A DNA stretch of 64,000 nucleotides. Origin: Salpingoeca rosetta (taxonomy: Eukaryota > Protista > Choanoflagellata). The position numbers and the translations under genes were made by a program. The notes beneath the pieces were generated by a model that worked only from the letters and a program-made list of their open reading frames with translations, searched no databases and was not told where the DNA came from. This document shows positions 52,952 to 64,000 of the stretch, piece after piece (the stretch's first letter is position 1; every line of letters begins with the position of its first letter). Where the stretch lies: positions 892,719 to 956,718 of the forward strand of contig JAWQFM010000007.1 in the NCBI GenBank assembly GCA_033442325.1. The letters run 5' to 3'.

Positions 52952-55547
52952 CGTGGAGGAGAGACGCGTACCACTGTGAGATGAGTGTCAGCATCGTTGT
53001 CGTCGTCAAACCAGAAGTCAAACGAGACATAGCAGCCACCCGTGCAGTCAAACGGCCCAGACAAGCGAACACCATCACCACACGCGTCCTCGAAAGAGAG
53101 GTAGCGGTTGCGATCCAAGCTTGCAGAGGATCGAACAGCGACAGCCGTGCTTGTTGGCGGCTGTACAGCAACATCCCCAATGCCTGAATACGAGATACGC
53201 GAGATGCGATGGATACAAAGGATGCAGTGGAGAGTGGTGAGCGACGGCGTGATCGGAGTGCGAACGAGAGGATCAAGCACACAGCACCTCCCCGGTGTTG
53301 GACCGGAGCAAAGAGTAGGAGCCACAACCAAGCGTTGCCAAAGACGCCTCGAAGGAGCACAAGGCGTGCAAGGGCACACGTTGTAACCATACGATACAAT
53401 ACGATGATGCACCTCTGAGCAGACAACGTAATTACACAGAACAAACACACACACACGAATGAAGCCCAACCTGATAGTGGCGTGCCGACTGGGGCTGTGA
53501 CGAAATCAAGACAGCGCAGGACACGGTCCTCAAATAGAGACCAAGTCCAATCACAGAACGATGCACAATCGCCCATGCCGGCTGTTGCCAGTGGTCGATT
53601 GTTGCAGCGACAGTAGTGTGCACCCACGCCATCCACGCACGTGTCATCACAGCCACCGTTGTCTGTGTCGCAGGGGTTGGCATCTGGTCGAAACACAGCG
53701 AATAAATGCCCACAACAGTTGCGGTTGTGCATGCAAGCAAATCAGACGACCCAAAAGCAGAATGAGCGGAACCATGAAACGTCTTTGTGATCAGAACTAC
53801 TTCAATGCAGAAAGAACGCAGTAGTGCGTGCCGCTCACGGTGTCACGGCTTGATCATAACAGCGACACAACTGCACGCGATACGAACACCCCGGCTGCAA
53901 GAGAGGCAGCTGGTCAGTCGCCCCGTACCTTGGTCACAGAAGCGGCCCGTAAACTCATCGGTACACTCGCATTCGAAGCAGTAAGTATTGGTGACGTCAT
54001 CAACACAGGACGTGTTGGTCACGCAGGTGGCACCGTTCTTACACGGGTCGCGCAGGCACGGAAAGGCAAAGCACTCGAGCTCCTGTGCAATCTCGAGAAG
54101 GCAGGAGCAGTTGCTTTCGTCAGCCTGGAGAAGATAGTCTGGGTCGGCGAAGAAGCACATCGGCGTGGCATCACCGCACGATGTGGCATCTGCAATGGCA
54201 GTTGCCGCTGCAAGGCAGTCATCCTCCGTGTTGAAGGAAGGACTGATGATGCCGTTGGATGTGGCGCACCCGGCCTGTTCGTGGACAAGTCATGGTGCAA
54301 CGAGTGAGTGAGTGTGTGTGAGTGAGCGTGCGTGTGTGTGTGTGAGTGTGTGTGAGTGAGCGTGCGTGTGTGTGCGCAATGTGAGTGAGTGCGTGTAAGC
54401 GCGTGAGTGCGTGTGAGTGAGTGAGCATGTGCGTGTTTTTTTCCTGTTCGGCTGAACGCTGGAGTGTGAAAGATGGCGCAAACGACGACCGCGAATCATA
54501 TTTTATCCAATCCACTGTGTCACAAACTCACCTCTGTGAGCTGTGCACGAAATCCGAGCGTACGTGCCCACATGTCACATTCATCTGCGTCCGTGAAATA
54601 AGGGAAGCACTGGCCACCTGCATGCGATCACGCAGCATGCAGTCGGAGGTCGAGCAAGAGCACATGTGTGAGGCAATCAAAACGAACGCATCACATACAT
54701 ACATAATCGTCACTTGTGCGCACGAATTGGGGAGTGAAACTGTGCTTGCAAGCAAGTAACGCAGCCGAGTGAGGATTCCTCACCGACAGTGATGGTCATT
54801 GGTGCAGTTAAATTGAACCCTTCGCAAGGAAGGAACGTCGTCGTCGTCGTCGTCGTCGTCGTTGTTGTTGTTGTTGTCGTTGTTGTTGTCGTCGTTGTTG
54901 TTGTTGTCGTCGTCGTTGTTGTTGTTGTCGTTGTTGTTGTCGTTGTTGCTGTCGTTGTTGCTGTCGTCGTTGTTGGTGTGGTGGTAGGTGAAGAAGCATC
55001 AGCCGCAGCCGTGGTGGTAGTGGTGGTGGCCGTTGTCGTTGTCGTGGTGGTCGTTGTCGTCGTTTCACCGGTGGTGGAAGTTGTGGTTGTTGTAGTTGTG
55101 GTTGTAGTTCGCAGCGTTGTGGTGGTCGTTGTCGTTGTCGGCAGGGTCGTAGTCGTGGTTGTTGTAGTGAAGACCGCACTGCTTGTCGTGGTGGTTGTTG
55201 TTGTCGTGGTGGTTGTGTCGACAGCCGTTGTCTCGGGCATGGCGTGACAGATTTCGCGGGTGAGCGCCTCCCAGAAGCAGTCACAGTCCTCATAGTCTGC
55301 CAAGACTGTAAAACGAGAGAAAGCGCACAAGCGCACAGGAGCACAGGTACGTGTGTGTGTGTGTCAAGGGTATACGATACATGTATTCTTGCAAGGCAAG
55401 GCGGGCGCGTGTGAAAGGTCAAGCGTTTCACAGCTCATCGCTGCAGTGTAGCACGTACTGAGGAATGTGTTGCTCTGGCAGTCGGGCATTCCATTTCCAC
55501 ATGGCAGGTTTGATGTGATGCCGGGAAGGCTGCGCGAGCATGTACGT

Positions 55548-55594
<47 letters not shown>

Positions 55595-55959
55595 AGGGGA
55601 AAGTGACATGAGCGGGCACGGCAGCAAGGTGCACCATCAAGACGGCTACGGGCACTGTTCGTGTGGTTGGTTGGGGTACGCACTCGTTGCAGCCCTGGGA
55701 AACGTGCACACGAAAGCTTGGAAAGCCCGTGTTGGGGCAGCTCGCGCTGATGAAGCGGCCTTGGCTGTCCGCATACTGCACAAGACCGTCTGCCCACTCC
55801 GTGCAGGCCGTCTCATCTAAAACACATGTGTACACATACCAGCGGCATGAGGCGGCAGAGTGAAGCGTTGACAAGAGCAAACGACACAAAGTGCTCAGTG
55901 TCATCGTGGCCTGGCAGGGAAAGCACGCAACCACATACAAACCAGAGACACTCTCACTG

Positions 55960-55991
<32 letters not shown>

Positions 55992-57291
55992 GCGCGCGCA
56001 CACAGACACAGACACACACACACACACACATACCGGCAAAGGTGGCGTAGCAGTCTCCGCCAATGTCGGTGCTGGTAGGGATCGTAAGATCACAGGACAG
56101 CGCGGGCGCGGTGACATTGGCTTGTACGTCATCAAACGCAAGCTGCGATCCGTCTGCCTGGGAGTTGCAAGCAAGTACAATCTGGAACCCCGACAGAGCC
56201 TCCATGGCTTCGTAAGAGACGGTGAAAGTAGAGAATGTCCCTGCCATCACATCACCCTCGGTGATATCGCTGCTTGCGAGGGTTGCGCCTGTGCTTGGGT
56301 GTGCAATTGTCACTGACGCTGGCAGTGCCCCCGCAACCATGGTCCGCGCCGTCTGTGCGCATGTGTTTGTGTGCGTGCATGTGTGTGTGTGCGTGTGTGT
56401 GTGTGTGTGCATATCCAAAGTAACAGACAAACCCCAAGAGGGCATGAGGGAAACTTGCTGTCGAACTGATGGTCCCATACTGATACAGGCACATGCGTGC
56501 ATGCAAATCCAACAACCACACGCAAAGCAGTGACGCGGTGGAGGAGGATACACGCAAACACATTGCCAGCGAGGACAAGCAAGGCAACTGCAGAAAAGAC
56601 GGCGTGCTGCAGGCACACACACACAAGCAGAAAAGACTACGGGCTGCACACCCAGAAGCCCAGAGACAGAGACACAAACAAGCACACACACACGCACAGA
56701 CGGACACACACACACACACACACACAGACAGACACACACAGACAAACACACACACACAGACAGACAGACAGACAGACAGACACACACACACGCACGCACC
56801 GCTTGCACTGTGACGGAGATGGTATCTCCTTGATCGATGGTCTGGACAACGGCGAGGGCGGCTTCGCCTTGTTGCTGCACAACCAAGACGTTGGAGCCGT
56901 CTGGCACTTGTGGCAGGTCCTGTGACAGCGGGTTGAGGACGCCAGCGTCCGTGACAGACCAGCCCGTGACGGTGTTGGATGTGGCACCGTCGGATAGCGC
57001 ATCTTCTTCAAAGCTGGGGTTGAGGAGCGCAACTGACGCAGCAAGTGCACGCTGCTGAGGCAGCAGCAGCAGCAGCAGCACCATTACCACTGCTGGCGCA
57101 GCAGGAAACCACCTCGGTGTCGACCTCGGCGAGTAGCTGTGGGATTTGCATGCATGTGGTGCACAATCCCGTGTCTGCTGTGCACGTTGGCCAGGGCTGC
57201 GGTCACATTGATGCTGCATATGTCCCTGCTGGTGTGTTGCAGGTGGTGTTCTCTGTCGCCTCCTCCTCCTTCCCGATCCCCAGGCTGGCAT
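52531..57291 (-). CDS. Secreted mosaic glycoprotein: signal/anchor, CBM4/9-like jelly-roll, 10-Cys module, poly-Thr mucin stalk, second 10-Cys module, two EGF domains, MAM/jelly-roll-like C-terminal domain
   Basis: Hydrophobic VVMVLLLLLLPQQRALA; LLNPSFE..GW..FDDV; EGF CLRDPCKNGATC..ECECTDEFTGRFC; EGF NPCDTDNGGCDDTCVDGVGAHYCRC; C-terminal RLSGPF..CYVSFDFWF..WRRVVLPL..VDDVLV then stop. No C-terminal transmembrane segment. Start may instead be the Met at 57084. Confidence 0.8.
54836..55220 (-). repeat. Coding (ACN)n poly-threonine mucin-like stalk
   Basis: More than 100 residues, mostly Thr, in the exon 55307-54785. Confidence 0.92.
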
Positions 57292-58001
57292 GCTGCTCGT
57301 TAACAGCAATCCCTCGACCGTACCCAAACCGTCAACACCGATATGCCACGGCAGCTGCAGCAGCTACCAGCAGCTCGAGCAGAACGTGCTTGCTTGCAAG
57401 CAAATCGAATCACAGGTGTGCTAAAACGCTGGATTGGATGGAGATGGGTGGCAACAAAGGAGCCTCAGCGAGAGCAAGGGCGCGTGGGAAGGTGGGAGGT
57501 TTGCTTGTTGTTGATTGACGGTGGTGTGACGAGGGAGGTGGAATACAGTGATGAGTTTGTGGATGGGCTTTGCTATGTGGTTGACACGCGAGAGGTGAGA
57601 GCGAGTGGCGGGTGGGTCTACAACACCACACTCAAAAAAAGCGATGAGATGAGGAAGGACAACAACTTACTCACACTGGCTGTGCGGGGCGGTTTTGGCG
57701 GCACAAAACAATGCGGTCACCACGGAATCTTCTCCAACAGCATTGCAAATCGCCACAATGGCCGTTCAAAGTCAAAGGAAACAGCACTGTTTGGTTGGTT
57801 GGTTGGTCCATCGGTGTCGTGTCCCGTCCCCATCTGCTCATGGAGTACACAGTTGTGCCAACCCCCGCCCCCCCCCTTCGCCCCCAAATTGCACACTGCC
57901 TGTTGTTTCTCCCACGTCCCCATGTGCTTGCTTTGTGTGTTGCGGCGAGGTCACCCATCTCGTTTACGAACCAATGAACACCAAGCATAACCAGGGAGCA
58001 T

Positions 58002-59006
58002 TTACGCCTTGACAGCGTACACAAGCTTGGGGAAGGCGCGCTCGCGCTTAATCTGGCGCGCAGTCTTGGCGTTTGCCTCACGCTTGGTCAAGCGGCGGCG
58101 CATGGCGCGGGTCTGTTACGCACAGCAAGCAAAACCGATGCAATTGTGAGTGAATACAAACGGGAGACAAATGGAAAGTTGTGGTGGCGCGCGCGAGTGG
58201 GGTAGCGTGGTGTGGAGTGGTGTGAGTGAGAGCAGAGGGCGACACACGTATCATCATCATCATCATCATCATGGTCGGGGATACATGCATCGGAAGAAAA
58301 AGAACGCTCCATCCGCGTGTCCCCCGGCTCAATGAAAAGACGGCAGCCAGCAATCAAACACCACCCTCATCTGCCTTTTCTCCTTCCTCGTCTTCTGCTC
58401 CACCTTCGCCACGACCACCATCTAATCACCGTGCTGCTGCTGCTGCAGCAGAAAGGGACACATCAGTGCAACCCCCTCACGTCGTACTCGCTGGAGATGC
58501 CGATCACCACAGCCTGGCTTCCCTCCGTCTCTCCGCCAATGCATCATCACGTGGGCTTCTCTGTTCGTCAGCGCATGCAGCACGTGGCAGCGCAGCTAGC
58601 TGCAGTTCAGGCCCATCCACTCATCCAACCGTTCGCTTGTCATCACACCCACCGCACCCACATAGGCACACGCGCAGCACACTCACGAGCTTGCGGCGGA
58701 GGTCGAGAGGCTTGTACTTGGCACCAGCGTAGTGCTTGCGGACGGCGGCACGGGTTGCCTCGTGGAGGACAGTCTTCACAACGGCGACCGACTTGCGGAC
58801 AGATTTGCTGTTGCACAGCGAGACACCGGTATTAGATGAAGACGCGTGAGTTGCCCGGCCGGCAATATGGGCACGGGGACAATGGAACAATTTCGGGTGC
58901 AGGGGTTACACACACACACACAATCAACGTGCACACGAGTGCTGGGTGCTGGGGGTCGCCCCTTGACGGTCAAATAGAGGCAACCATAACCAAGCACGCT
59001 TGCGAC

Positions 59007-59049
<43 letters not shown>

Positions 59050-59632
59050 CCACAAGATCACACACACTCATCCACAACCACCGCTTCGGAGCACTCACAT
59101 CTTGCCGAGCTTGGACGCGGAGTTGCCGGTGACCTGCTCAACACGGAGGGATGCAAGCTCTGCCTTGTAGTCATCGAGCTGCAAACATCAAAGAGCGAAA
59201 GGACACGTGCGTGCATGTGTGTGCACGTGTGTGAGGGAATGCATGTGATCTAGCCAAAACACAACGTGACATCAGCACGTGTCACGCTGGGTTGTCTCGC
59301 GAGAGGAGTGACGGTGGTCACGGCTTCTGGCAACACCAGCATCACCGACGCCAACGCAAACACCAAGAGATCATCGGCTGTTGTTTCCCCTCACTGGCTA
59401 CACAGGCAGTGGCGTTTGCAACAGCAAACCACCGTCCGTGGGTGATGTGCAACAAACCAAACCATCTCTGTTCCTCAGCCCTCCTCACGCACGATGTATC
59501 CGCATCCACCCCGCCACTTTTCTTCCCCCCCCCTCGTTCGTCTTTCTTTTCTCTGCTGTCATCGTTCAGTACCTGCTTGAGCATCTCAGCCTTCGTCTTC
59601 TGACGAAGCTGCTTCGCCTTAGCCATGGGCAT
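58002..59632 (-). CDS. RPL35: 60S ribosomal protein L35 (uL29); exons 59632-59573, 59178-59099, 58807-58687, 58112-58002
   Basis: MPMAKAKQLRQKTKAEMLKQ|LDDYKAELASLRVEQVTGNSASKLGKI|KSVRKSVAVVKTV..KYKPLDLRRKL|TRAMRRRLTK..FPKLVYAVKA*. Confidence 0.97.
58463..58646 (-). ncRNA. Two candidate box C/D snoRNAs in RPL35 intron 3 (58568-58646 and 58463-58550)
   Basis: Each starts with a perfect box C (GTGATGA) and ends with box D (CTGA), spanning 79 and 88 nt, in a non-microsatellite intron of a ribosomal protein gene. Targets not established. Confidence 0.35.
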
Positions 59633-60154
59633 GGTTGTGTGTTGGGGTTGGTGGTGATATGGGGAGAGGGTGGCTGTCGTCGGTGCTGTCTCCACACAAA
59701 CAAGAAAAAGGCACACGCGTGAAAACGGGGTTTGCCGCAAGATATCACAGAATAAAAAAATCCAGGCAGCGCCACCTTCCTTTGCACCATCACCGCGAAA
59801 ATTCCAGTTCAAACTTGAAATTTGTACAGTGGTTTACGACAGCATAAGCTGCTGCTGAACGGCGCCCACCCGAGCCAGCACACATCGTCTTCGTCATCTT
59901 CGCCAACGTCAACATCGAGAGAGAGAGATCAAGAAACACCCACACCCACCACGCACACTTATCATCCGCATCGCTCACACAAGCAAAGCAAGAACCTACA
60001 GCAACCACGAGCAAGCAAACAAGCAGGCAGGCAGGCAGGCAAACACCACATCTTCTTGCTTTGCTTCACCACCAACAACAGAAACAACAACAGCAACAAC
60101 AGCAACAATTGAAGAAGAAGTCGCTGCAATCCTTTCCAAGTTCAGTCAGTCAGC

Positions 60155-63636
<3,482 letters not shown>

Positions 63637-64000
63637 GCCTGCTGCATTCTTACGTTACACCAAGACCCAAACAGCACGTGACACAGTGGCTGCACGCGCC
63701 CACACACCTCATCATCACTCACTCATGCCACCTTGACCTCTTTTTTTTTCTTCTTCTTTTTCTTGTTTAATTCTACATGCGCGTTCTGTCATTGCAAGCG
63801 ATGTGTCGCTGATTGTGCACCAACGCCCGCCCGCCCTGTCGCCCTATCTTCTTTCGTTTCGTTTTTTTTTCTCTTCGCTCTCTCAACATTCGCGCAGTCT
63901 GTCCTCTCTGCTCTGCTGAGGGTTTGCACTGCGGTTGTTGTTCTGCTGGTGCTGGCGCGGTGTTTCACCGATTGATGGCGACTGAGGTTGTGTCATAAGG

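Noticed and set aside
52473-53732. 419-aa ORF with hydrophobic stretches as a transmembrane C-terminus of the ECM protein
   Set aside because: It reads through introns. Splicing in phase 1 gives a coherent MAM/jelly-roll frame ending at 52531.
52531-57291. Identification as Rosetteless
   Set aside because: No C-type lectin domain motifs were seen; the similarity is architectural only.
59262-59450. RNase P/MRP, U3 or SRP RNA in RPL35 intron 1
   Set aside because: The P4 pseudoknot signatures, U3 box A and SRP motifs are not present.

Overview
Intron-rich eukaryotic genomic DNA, about 55-60% GC, full of (CA)n/(GT)n microsatellites, with two assembly gaps. Repeat style and gene content suggest a choanoflagellate such as Salpingoeca rosetta (inference). 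Most ORFs in the six-frame track are microsatellite artefacts, so genes were rebuilt by hand using GT-AG splicing. Twelve genes result: TRPC4AP/TRUSS-like (-, runs off the left edge); secreted GH29 alpha-L-fucosidase with an N-terminal PAN/apple-like module (-); STRA6/STRA6L-family membrane protein (+); two intronless disordered proteins (-); PSMD1/Rpn2 (+); HSF (-); EFCAB6-like EF-hand protein (+); Abi (+); a secreted mosaic protein with jelly-roll, mucin and EGF parts (-); RPL35 (-); PACSIN/syndapin (+). Main discoveries: (1) eight in-frame exons fuse a signal peptide and a mannose-6-phosphate-receptor-homology (MRH)-like domain to the STRA6-type core, and this gene lies head-to-head with the fucosidase; (2) the secreted protein contains a duplicated 10-cysteine module I do not recognise, flanking a Thr stalk and visible only after splicing; (3) several introns have (GT)n at the 5' end and (CA)n at the 3' end and could self-pair; (4) the two orphan proteins carry Akt/14-3-3 and PP2A-B56 docking motifs; (5) a 13-nt microexon encodes the fucosidase HHEG motif; (6) RPL35 has candidate intronic snoRNAs. 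All family calls come from motif recognition, not database searches.
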